Assembly (NCBI GenBank): GCA_963662335.2
Contig: CAXXVD010000005.1
Span: forward strand, 448,001 to 512,000
DNA: 64,000 bases
Reading direction: 5' to 3'
Source: Chloroflexota bacterium
GTDB lineage: Bacteria > Chloroflexota > UBA11872 > VXOZ01
Part shown: positions 46,472-54,953 of the stretch, in pieces
How the letters are laid out: each line of letters begins with the position of its first letter
Position numbering within the stretch: position 1 is the first letter of the stretch
Position numbers and translations under genes: made by a program
Notes under the pieces: model-generated
Told to the model about the DNA's origin: nothing
What the model saw: only the letters and a program-made list of their open reading frames with translations
Database searches by the model: none

Positions 46472-48942
46472 GATAGTTCGCTCTCCACCTGCCAGAAATC
46501 GGCCACGCGCTTGGCAAGCCCCGCGTGCTGCGGCTTGCTCAGCGTAGGGTCTCCCGCGAACAGCCTCTTGGCTTCCCGCCGCGCGAGTTCCAGCGTCGCC
46601 AGATCCGAGAGCTTGGCGACTTTGAGGGCGGGCAGACCGGCCTGGCGCGTGCCAAAGAACTCGCCCGGCCCGCGCAGCATCAGGTCCTGTTCCGCCAGCG
46701 CGAAGCCGTCGCGCTTCTCCTCCAGGATGCGCAGCCGTTCGTTCTCTACCGCATTGGCCGAGTCCGAGAGCAGCAGGCAGTATGACTTATGCTCGCCGCG
46801 TCCCACCCGGCCCCGGAACTGGTGCAGTTGCGCCAGGCCGAACCGCTCGGCGCTCTCGATCATCATCACCGTCGCGTTCGGCACGTCGATGCCGACCTCC
46901 ACCACCGGCGTGCTCACCAGGATGTCGGTTTCGCCGGCCGCGAAGGCGCGCATCACCTTCTCCTTCTGCCGGCTCGTCAACCTCCCGTGGAGCAAGTCAA
47001 CCGTGCACTGGGTGAACACCTCTTTTTGCAAACGCTTGAACTCGCTCTTGGCGGCGCGCACCTGTAGCGTTTCCGAATCTTCGATGAGCGGAAAGATTAT
47101 GAACGCCTGGCGTCCTTGGGCCACCTGCTTGTTGACAAAGCCGTAGACCTCGTTGCGTTTCTCCTGCGGCGCCCAGCGCGTCGCGATCGGCAAGCGGCCG
47201 GCGGGCAACTCGCGTATCGTGGATACGTCCAGGTCGCCGTAGAGCGTGAGCGCCAGCGAGCGCGGGATTGGCGTCGCCGTCATCACCAGCACGTGGGGAT
47301 TGCGCCCCTTGCGCCGCAAGACCGCGCGTTGCCGCACGCCGAACCGGTGCTGCTCGTCCGCGATTGCCAGACCCAGGTTGCCAAACACCACGTCGTCCTG
47401 GATCACGGCGTGGGTGCCTACCAGCAGGTGCAGCGCGCCGGCTTCCAGTTCCGCCAGCATCTCCCGCCGCCGTTTCTTGCGCGTGCTGCCGGTCAGCAGG
47501 GCGCAGCGCACGCCAAACGGCTCCAGGAAACGCCTGAAGGTGACGATGTGCTGCTCCGCCAGCACCTCCGTCGGGGCCATCACGACCGTTTGCAATCCGT
47601 GCTTGGCCATCTGCAGCGCCGCCGCCGCCGCGACCACCGTCTTGCCCGAACCCACGTCGCCCTGCAAGAGGCGGTTCATGGCCGCCGGTTTGCTCACGTC
47701 ATCGAGAATTTCCGTGAGCGCCTCCTGCTGGCCGTCCGTCAGCGCAAAGGGCAGCGACTCGAGGAACGCCTGGGTTAGCTCCGCGTCAACCGCCACCGGC
47801 ACGCCGGGCTGATCGAGTTGCCACTCCCGGCGGCGCAGCAGCGCCCCAAGCTGGATGCAGAAGAACTCGTCGAAGGCCAGCCGCTGCACCGCCCGCTGCC
47901 GCTGCCGCTCGTTAGCCGGAAAGTGCAACTGGCCCAGCGCCTCTTGCGCGCCCATGAGCGAATTGCGCACCAGGACTTCCTCCGGCACCACCTCTTCCAC
48001 CCCGTGCAGCGCCATGTCGAGCGCGGAGCGCACCCAGCGGCGCAGCCACTTGGCCGAGAGATTGGCCGTCAGCGGGTAGACCGGCACCAGGCGGCCCACG
48101 TGCAGCCCCTTCTCCGGGCTTTCGGCAAACTCGTACTCCGGCGAGCGCAATTCCAACCCTGAGCGGCTGATCTCCACCTTGCCCGCCACCGTCACGCGCC
48201 GCTTGTTCGTCAGGCTCTGCTGCAAGTACGGCTGGTTGAACCAGACCGCCCGGATGTAGCCCGTCTTGTCCGCCAGCGCCGCCTCGGTAATCGTCATGCG
48301 GCCCTGGGTAACGCGCCGGTTTTCCACCTGCATGACGTTCGCCACGAAGGTGGCCTCTTCGCCGGGCTTGAGATCGGCAATCGTCTTGATGAGGCTGCGG
48401 TCGATGTGCCGGTGCGGAAAGTGGTGGATGAGGTCGCCCAACGTGGTCAGGCCGAGCTTTTCCAGCCGCTTGGCGTCTTCCGTCTTTAGCATGGGCACAA
48501 CGGTGAGAGAAGAATCGAGAGCGGCGCGGGGCGACTTGGCGCGCGGCTTGCGCGGGCGGGCGGCGCGCTGCGCCGCCTTTTTCTGAGGGGCCGCCGGCGG
48601 CGGCTTGGCCGGGGCGGGCGCGGCAGCCGTACGCGGACCCCGCTCTTGTGGCTCGCCGCGCGGGGCGGCAGATTCCGCGCCGCCACCGAGGATTCGCAGC
48701 ACGTTCTTGACCCGCGCTTCCCGTTCCGCCGGGTCCAGCGCCTGGTAGCCCTCCAGCGCGCGCCCGATCTCGCCGAGGCTCCGGGCCTTCTCCGCGCCGC
48801 CGCGGGCGCTCTCCGCTTCCCAATTGGCGAGAAACCGCTCCAGGCCGCCAATCACCGCGCCGTCGTCATACCCCCGCCGCGCCTCTTGCCGCAGAATGCG
48901 GCGCAAGGTCTCGCTGCGGTCGCGCGGTGCGGAACGGAGCAT
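46468..48942 (-). CDS. recG: ATP-dependent DNA helicase RecG
   Basis: QGDVGSGKT, DEQHRFG, MTATPIPR, QLHQFRGRVGRG, RGPGE. Confidence 0.96.
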   Translation of the reverse strand: MLRSAPRDRSETLRRILRQEARRGYDDGAVIGGLERFLANWEAESARGGAEKARSLGEIGRALEGYQALDPAEREARVKNVLRILGGGAESAAPRGEPQERGPRTAAAPAPAKPPPAAPQKKAAQRAARPRKPRAKSPRAALDSSLTVVPMLKTEDAKRLEKLGLTTLGDLIHHFPHRHIDRSLIKTIADLKPGEEATFVANVMQVENRRVTQGRMTITEAALADKTGYIRAVWFNQPYLQQSLTNKRRVTVAGKVEISRSGLELRSPEYEFAESPEKGLHVGRLVPVYPLTANLSAKWLRRWVRSALDMALHGVEEVVPEEVLVRNSLMGAQEALGQLHFPANERQRQRAVQRLAFDEFFCIQLGALLRRREWQLDQPGVPVAVDAELTQAFLESLPFALTDGQQEALTEILDDVSKPAAMNRLLQGDVGSGKTVVAAAAALQMAKHGLQTVVMAPTEVLAEQHIVTFRRFLEPFGVRCALLTGSTRKKRRREMLAELEAGALHLLVGTHAVIQDDVVFGNLGLAIADEQHRFGVRQRAVLRRKGRNPHVLVMTATPIPRSLALTLYGDLDVSTIRELPAGRLPIATRWAPQEKRNEVYGFVNKQVAQGRQAFIIFPLIEDSETLQVRAAKSEFKRLQKEVFTQCTVDLLHGRLTSRQKEKVMRAFAAGETDILVSTPVVEVGIDVPNATVMMIESAERFGLAQLHQFRGRVGRGEHKSYCLLLSDSANAVENERLRILEEKRDGFALAEQDLMLRGPGEFFGTRQAGLPALKVAKLSDLATLELARREAKRLFAGDPTLSKPQHAGLAKRVADFWQVESELS

Positions 48943-48948
48943 AGCGCC

Positions 48949-50586
48949 TCATTCAAGGGTCAGCAGGTAGGGGTAGTGCGGCTGGCCGCCAAAGACGACC
49001 TCGATCTCAAGCGCCGGGAATTTGACGCCGAGCCGCTCGCTGAGCGCCTGCGCCTCATCTTCCGCTACGCCGGCGCCGTGGTAGCATGTGAGCAGTTCGG
49101 CGGTCTCCGGCCCCATGCGCGCGATCGCCGCCGCCAACGCGGCGTCGAGATCATCGTTCGCGGCGCACACCCGGTTGTTTGCCAGCGCCAGCCACTGGCC
49201 TTGCGCCACGGCCACGCCGTCCACGGTGGCGTCGCGGGTGGCCAGGGTCACCGCGCCGTACGGCGTGCCGGCGGCCGCCTCTTGCATCGCCGCTGCATTT
49301 TCTTCCGGCTCTTGGCCTTCCTGATACGCCATGAGCGCCGCGATGCCCTGCGCCATCGAAAACGTCGGCAGCACGTGCACGACGGTTTCCGTTAAGTCGC
49401 GCGTTTGCTCCGCTGAGAGAATGACGTTCTTGTCGTTGGGCAGGATGAGCACGTGGCGCGCATTGGCGGCCTCGATCGCGCGGTGGATATCCTGGGTGCT
49501 GGGGTTCATGGTGGGACCGCCGCTCACCACGGCCGCGCCCATCTCCTCGTAGATCTCCCGCAGTCCCGCGCCGTCCGCCACGGCCACCACGCACTGCGCC
49601 CGCGTTTCAGCCGGCGCCGCCGGCGGCGCCTCGATGCCGGGCAGGTCCCCGTCGGCCAGCGCCGATTGCAGCCGTTCGTACTGGTCGTCCATGTTGAAGA
49701 TTTCGATGCGGTGGAGGTGGCCCGCGCCGCGCGCCAGCGCGAGCACATCGCCGGGGTTCTCCGTGTGCACGTGCACCCGCACCAGGTCCTCATCACCCAC
49801 CACGACCACCGAATCGCCCCGTTCCGCCACCGCCTGGCGCATCTCCATCACGTCCAACGCCGCGCCGCTCACCAGGAAGCCCGTGCAGTAGCCGTAGAGG
49901 GTCTCCGTAACCGCGGCGATCTCCGGCAGCAAGGCGCGCTCGCCGGTGGGCAGGGCCACTGCCTCGACCGGTTCGCCGGTGGCGTAGCGCCGCGCCCCTT
50001 CCAGCAGAAGCCAGAGCCCCTGCCCGCCGGCGTCCACCACGCCGGCGTCTCGCAGCACGTCCAGCAACTGGGGCGTACGCGCCACGGAGCGTTCCGCCGC
50101 GGCAACCGCCGTTGCCAGCATCTCGCGTATCTCGGTACCCGGGCCGAGCGCCGCGCACGCTTCCGCCGTATCGCGCGCCACCGTGAGCATCGTGCCTTCC
50201 TGCGGCTCCTGCAGGGCCGCATAAGACGAGTCCGCCGCGGCGCGCAGCGCCCGCGCCAGCCCGCCGACCGAAATCTCGGCAGAATCCGCCAGCGCGTCCG
50301 CCACCCCGCGCAGGCACTGGGAAAAGATGACGCCGGAATTGCCCCGCGCGCCCATCAACGCGCCGCGATAGACCGCTTGCGCCACCTCACCGGCGTGGCC
50401 GCTATCCGCCGCCTTGCCGGCTTGCAAGGCGGCTTCCAACGTGAGGAGCATGTTCGTGCCGGTATCGCCGTCGGGCACGGGAAAGACGTTCAGCCGGTTG
50501 ATTTCCTCTTTATTGGCCGCCAGCAGATGGTAGCCGTACTCCAAGGCCCCAATCAGGCTGGCGCCGTCGCAGCGCGCTGCTGCCAT
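48949..50586 (-). CDS. DAK2-domain protein (fatty acid kinase FakA/YloV family)
   Basis: LNVFPVPDGDTGTNM, GARGNSG, VVDAGG, VHVHT, TMNPS, GGQPHY; start could be GTG 50619. Confidence 0.93.
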   Translation of the reverse strand: MAAARCDGASLIGALEYGYHLLAANKEEINRLNVFPVPDGDTGTNMLLTLEAALQAGKAADSGHAGEVAQAVYRGALMGARGNSGVIFSQCLRGVADALADSAEISVGGLARALRAAADSSYAALQEPQEGTMLTVARDTAEACAALGPGTEIREMLATAVAAAERSVARTPQLLDVLRDAGVVDAGGQGLWLLLEGARRYATGEPVEAVALPTGERALLPEIAAVTETLYGYCTGFLVSGAALDVMEMRQAVAERGDSVVVVGDEDLVRVHVHTENPGDVLALARGAGHLHRIEIFNMDDQYERLQSALADGDLPGIEAPPAAPAETRAQCVVAVADGAGLREIYEEMGAAVVSGGPTMNPSTQDIHRAIEAANARHVLILPNDKNVILSAEQTRDLTETVVHVLPTFSMAQGIAALMAYQEGQEPEENAAAMQEAAAGTPYGAVTLATRDATVDGVAVAQGQWLALANNRVCAANDDLDAALAAAIARMGPETAELLTCYHGAGVAEDEAQALSERLGVKFPALEIEVVFGGQPHYPYLLTLE

Positions 50587-50690
50587 CTGCGCCTCTTGTG
50601 TGGTTGTAGAATCAGACACGGCTTTCGCTTTCAATACTGCGACTAGCGAACTGCCCAGCTTTCGGGGGCAGGCGCCCAATCTCTCCGCCT

Positions 50691-50766
50691 GTCATTCTGA
50701 GGAGCGCAGCGACGAAGAATCTACTGCGCGCGCATCCCATAGATTCCTCGCTGCGCTCGGAATGAC
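50691..50766. repeat. GTCATTC...GAATCT inverted doublet
   Basis: Same family as 27214-27281. Confidence 0.88.
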
Positions 50767-50943
50767 AATAGTCACGGCCCGCCGCAACAGCTCAGAATCC
50801 TTCAGCAATTCCAACGGCGCACGCCATTGAGCACGCGGACAATTCTATGCTACTATTGGACACGTGGTACGCTCATCATAGCGACAGAATGAACGCGCGG
50901 TCAACACAGGAACCGACGACCAACCGAACTGAGGAAATCGCTC

Positions 50944-51156
50944 ATGGCAGTTTGTGAGATGTGCGGCAAGGGCGCGCAGGTAGGCCACAACATCCAGCAC
51001 CAGGCCTCCGGCCAGTGGCGCTACCGGGCCCCCAAGACCCGCCGCGTATGGAAAGCCAACGTCCAGAAAGTGCGCCTGCTCGTGGACGGGCAACTCAAGA
51101 AGGTCAGCATCTGCACCCGCTGCCTCCGCACCCAGGCCAAAGCCCCGGCGGTCTAG
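50944..51156 (+). CDS. rpmB: 50S ribosomal protein L28 (Cys-containing form)
   Basis: CEMCGK...GHN...TRRVWKANVQ...CTRCLR; divergent from the DAK2 gene. Confidence 0.95.
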   Translation: MAVCEMCGKGAQVGHNIQHQASGQWRYRAPKTRRVWKANVQKVRLLVDGQLKKVSICTRCLRTQAKAPAV

Positions 51157-51297
51157 CCGCCCCCGCGCGCCATTCTTTACGGCGAAGACTCTCGCCTAAC
51201 GCGGTTCGACAAACGCAGAAATTGCCTCATCCTGGGGAGAGGGTAAGAGCGCCGCCGCCAGGCATTCTCTTGGCCGGCCCACGGCGATTGGCCTACC

Positions 51298-52011
51298 TTA
51301 CCGCAAAGTCACCAGCACTTCGTTCCGCCGGAACCACGGAATCGTAAACGGCGGATCATACGTTGCGATCTTCCAATCACCCAGGTGTTCCAGGCCGCGC
51401 GCGTCCAGCCAGGCGGCCAGTCTTGCTCTGTGGCGCTCGGCGCTTTCGTTGCCGAGCCTGCCGCTGAAGCGGATGCTGGCGACTCTGCGCTCTGCCACCG
51501 CGCGAATCGTCACGCGCTTGTCGGTTGGCAGCGGGGCGGTGTCCGGCGTATAGCCTTCCGGCAGGATGAAGGCCATCGTCCAGGTGTCGATCTCTGCTCC
51601 GGCCAGCCTCTCGGCATTCGACCGCCCGCCGGACGGGCGCGGTTCCACCAGCACCGGCACCGTCATCGCCATCTCTTGCGACTTGGACGCGCCCGCGGGT
51701 TCGACCAGCACGGGCGTGGTCATATCCATGCTCTGCCGGCGGCGATTGGCGCCGGTAATGTAGCCGTAGAGCGGCGCAAACGAGCCATTCGTCGCCCGGT
51801 CGAAGGAGCCGGTCAGCGTCACTTCCGCCAGCACGTAGCCCGCGTAGTCGCGAATCTCGATGTTGCCGTCCTTCACGGCAACGTCGTATGCCGGCTGGCC
51901 GTATTCGCTGCCGAACAACGAACCAAACAGTATCGACCTGAAGAGAAACGCTCCGGATCCCAGTAAGACCAGCACAACCAGTGCCATCGCCGCGCTCCGT
52001 TTCCTGCCCAT
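51298..52011 (-). CDS. SOUL heme-binding family protein
   Basis: QPAY, EIRDY, LYGYITGAN, MTTPV/MTVPV, YDPPFTIPWFRRNEV. Confidence 0.9.
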   Translation of the reverse strand: MGRKRSAAMALVVLVLLGSGAFLFRSILFGSLFGSEYGQPAYDVAVKDGNIEIRDYAGYVLAEVTLTGSFDRATNGSFAPLYGYITGANRRRQSMDMTTPVLVEPAGASKSQEMAMTVPVLVEPRPSGGRSNAERLAGAEIDTWTMAFILPEGYTPDTAPLPTDKRVTIRAVAERRVASIRFSGRLGNESAERHRARLAAWLDARGLEHLGDWKIATYDPPFTIPWFRRNEVLVTLR

Positions 52012-52246
52012 TCGCGTCTTCCTTTTTGTTCAAGCCTTTATTTTCATTATTCCATAGAATCTAAGCTGATGCGCAGGCCGTTGGAGGGATAGCAAGGCTC
52101 GTTGGCGCAGGCCCTCTTCTTCCAGTGGAATCCTTTGGGTAGCTCTGCCAAACAGTTTCATTGGCGCGGGGCAAGCGCCGGTTCGCCCTTTACCTCAGCC
52201 CTCTCCTCGGCTGGCAGGGGCTGGTAGTCTATGATCGAATTTACGT

Positions 52247-52327
52247 GTCATTCCGAGCGCAGCGAGGAATCTATAGCGCATCCCTGCAAAACTAGCACCA
52301 TAGATTCCTCGCTGCGCTCGGAATGAC
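52247..52327. repeat. GTCATTCCGAGCGCAGCGAGGAATCT inverted doublet
   Basis: Perfectly paired arms. Confidence 0.9.
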
Positions 52328-52425
52328 ATGTGAATACTGCTGTCAGCCGTCCCGTCAGCGAATGGGAGCGCCTACCTTGCCGGCCGCGGCAGCGCCGCCA
52401 AAGCAGGAGGATCCACTCAAGCGCC

Positions 52426-53196
52426 ATGCCAGATTCGCCACAAAGCGCGCGTCCCGCCGTGCGGCTTGACCGTTTGCTGGTAGAACGGCGGTATTTTCCC
52501 AGCCGCGAGAAAGCCGCCTTCAGCATTCGCGCGGGCGGCGTGCAGGTGGATGGGCGCGTGCTCACCAAGCCGGCGGCGCCGGTGAATCCCGATGCCCGCA
52601 TCGAGGTTGACGCGGGGAGCGCGCTCCGCGTCGGGCGCGGTGAGCGCAAGTTGGCCGGCGTGCTGGAGCGCTTTGGCATCGATTGCGCCGGCAAGATCGC
52701 GCTGGACGTGGGCAGCGGGGCCGGCGGCTTCACGTGGCGGCTCCTAGAACAGGGCGCGGCGCGGGTCTACGCCGTGGACGTGGGCCGCAATCAACTTGAC
52801 CCGGCTCTGCGCGCCGACCGCCGGGTCACCGTCTACGAGCAGACCGACGTGCGCAGTCTCACGGCGCTGCCGGAAGCGCCCCACTTAGCCGTAATCGACG
52901 TCTCGTTCATCTCATTGTGGGCCGTGCTGCCGCCGGTAAGCGCCCTGGTCCGCCCCAACGCGGGCATCGTGGCCTTGCTCAAGCCGCAGTTTGAAATTGC
53001 CACCATTACACTGGGCAGAGGCGACTCGCCCCGAAACCGCCAGACGCGGCGGCGCATCCGGGACGCTTTCATAGACTGGTGCGCGCAAGCGGGATTTGCC
53101 GTGCGGGGCGAGGTGGAAAGTCCGCTGCCCGGCAAGCACGGCGCCCGTGAGACCTTCTTCCATCTCACGTCCACAGCGCGCGCCAGCCGGCCGTAG
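52426..53196 (+). CDS. tlyA: TlyA-family RNA methyltransferase
   Basis: S4 domain RLD...SREKA, LDVGSGAGGFT, AVDVG, DVSFIS, LKPQFE. Confidence 0.9.
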   Translation: MPDSPQSARPAVRLDRLLVERRYFPSREKAAFSIRAGGVQVDGRVLTKPAAPVNPDARIEVDAGSALRVGRGERKLAGVLERFGIDCAGKIALDVGSGAGGFTWRLLEQGAARVYAVDVGRNQLDPALRADRRVTVYEQTDVRSLTALPEAPHLAVIDVSFISLWAVLPPVSALVRPNAGIVALLKPQFEIATITLGRGDSPRNRQTRRRIRDAFIDWCAQAGFAVRGEVESPLPGKHGARETFFHLTSTARASRP

Positions 53197-53220
53197 CGCG
53201 GGGGCTTGTCCCCCGCCTCT
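53193..53220 (+). repeat. GTAGCGCGGGGGCTTGTCCCCCGCCTCT REP-like unit
   Basis: Identical to units at 30258-30425; overlaps the tlyA stop codon. Confidence 0.9.
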
Positions 53221-53299
53221 TGGCGTGATACGCGATCCCTGTCCCCGCCAACGCGCGTACAGAGCCGGCACGGTATCCGGGCGGAACTAACGGAATCGC

Positions 53300-54913
53300 C
53301 TAACTCGCCGCGTCGCCGGCGGCGGGTTCAGCCTGCGGCGCATCGGGCGCATCGGTCTCCGCCATGCCGCTCTCCTGCATCAAGGCGCTGAACGGATGGA
53401 GTTTGTGCAGGCAGTTGTTGCCGGTATCCGCCACGTACACGTGGTCCCGCTCGTCTACCGCAAGCCCGCAGGGATCCTCGAACTGTGCCCGCTGGCCCGC
53501 AACCAGCGTGCCCCATTGGAAGAGCGGTGCACCGGCGGCGGACAACTCCTGAATGCGGTTGTTCCACGTATCCGCCACGTAGATCCGGCCGCGCCGGTCG
53601 AGCGCAATGCCGTTGGGATTGCGGAACTGCCCCGGTTCAGTCCCCTCTTTGCCCCACTGCCGCGCCGGCGCGCCGGCAGCGGAGAGCTTCTGGATGCGGT
53701 GGTTGCCCGAATCGGTCACATAGAGCCAACCTTCGTGGTCCACGGCGATTCCCACCGGCGCGCGGAACTCGCCCGGTCCGTCGCCGTGCGCGCCCCACAC
53801 CGCCAGCAGTTCGCCGTCCTGCGAAAACTTCTGCACGCGGTGATTGCCGGTATCAGCCACGTAGACGTCGCCGTTGGCGTCAACCGTGATCCCGCTGGGC
53901 GTCCGAAACTGCCCAGGCTTGGCCCCCTGTTCGCCCCACTGCGCCAGCGGCTCACCCGTGGCGGAGAGCTTTTGGATGCGGTGATTCAGCGTGTCGGACA
54001 GGTACACGTGGCCATCGGCGTCAACCGTCAGGCCGCGCGGGGAGCGGAACTCGCCGGCCTTCTGCCCCGTCGTCCCCCACTGCGCCAGCGGTTCACCGGC
54101 GGGAGAAAGTTGCTGCACACGGTTGTTGAGCGTATCGACGACGAAAATGCTGCCCTGCGGGTCCAGCGCCAAATCGTGCGGAGAACTGAACTGGCCGGGC
54201 CGCGAGCCGCCCTCGCCCCAAATCGCGATGCTGCGGCGGCGTTGGCCGGACTGGACCCGGCGGTAGAGCCGCGCGGCCCACACCAGCGCTACAGCCAGCG
54301 CCACGAGGGCAACCGGCCACAGCCACAACACGCCCAGCAACAAGGGAAAGTCGTAGAGGGCGTGCAACACCACCGGCGCGAGCCACGCGATGAGCAGCGC
54401 TTTTCTCCGCCGCTCGGCGTTGAACACCGCCTGGGCAATGTAGTAGCCCATGATCGCGCCGATTGCGGCGTGGGCGGGCACCGAGCTAAGCGCGCGCAGC
54501 AACGCCCCCAGCGCGTCGCCTTCCAAAACGTAGGCGATATTTTCCAAGGCGGCAAAGCTCAGCGAAGCCACCACACCGTACACCACACCGTCGAACGGCT
54601 CCGCCAGCCGCTCCCGCCGGCAGGAGTAGTTGGAAAGCACAATGAACTTGAACGACTCCTGGAGGATTGCCGCGCCCAGAAACGCCTGGATCAGCGTAAC
54701 CAGAATGCGGTTGCCAGTGGCGTTGTAAACCAGAGTAAAGATTATCGAAATGGGAAAGGTCAAGATGATGACCGGCAGAATGGCAAGAATGCCGTAGCCA
54801 AAGGTGGCCCAGAGAATCGCGCGCGGCTGGGGAAACCGAGGGTGCGTGTGCAGCAGCCACATGATAGCGAGACCCGGCGCTGCCGCGGCGGTGAACATCA
54901 ATAGTGGTTGCAA
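53300..54913 (-). CDS. PrsW-family intramembrane protease domain fused to six NHL repeats
   Basis: QESFK, EPFDGVVY, FAALENIAY, PAHA, LHALYD; then six ~47-aa repeats of the type GQF.SP.G..VD..G.VYVADT.NHRIQK. Confidence 0.9.
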   Translation of the reverse strand: MQPLLMFTAAAAPGLAIMWLLHTHPRFPQPRAILWATFGYGILAILPVIILTFPISIIFTLVYNATGNRILVTLIQAFLGAAILQESFKFIVLSNYSCRRERLAEPFDGVVYGVVASLSFAALENIAYVLEGDALGALLRALSSVPAHAAIGAIMGYYIAQAVFNAERRRKALLIAWLAPVVLHALYDFPLLLGVLWLWPVALVALAVALVWAARLYRRVQSGQRRRSIAIWGEGGSRPGQFSSPHDLALDPQGSIFVVDTLNNRVQQLSPAGEPLAQWGTTGQKAGEFRSPRGLTVDADGHVYLSDTLNHRIQKLSATGEPLAQWGEQGAKPGQFRTPSGITVDANGDVYVADTGNHRVQKFSQDGELLAVWGAHGDGPGEFRAPVGIAVDHEGWLYVTDSGNHRIQKLSAAGAPARQWGKEGTEPGQFRNPNGIALDRRGRIYVADTWNNRIQELSAAGAPLFQWGTLVAGQRAQFEDPCGLAVDERDHVYVADTGNNCLHKLHPFSALMQESGMAETDAPDAPQAEPAAGDAAS

Positions 54914-54953
54914 TACGGCCTCCCGAAATCTTGCCGCCGCAATACGCGAATCA

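Noticed and set aside
53400-54220. DNA-level ~141-bp repeats as a DGR or mobile repeat
   Set aside because: They are the NHL protein repeats; no reverse transcriptase or adenine-specific variation seen.
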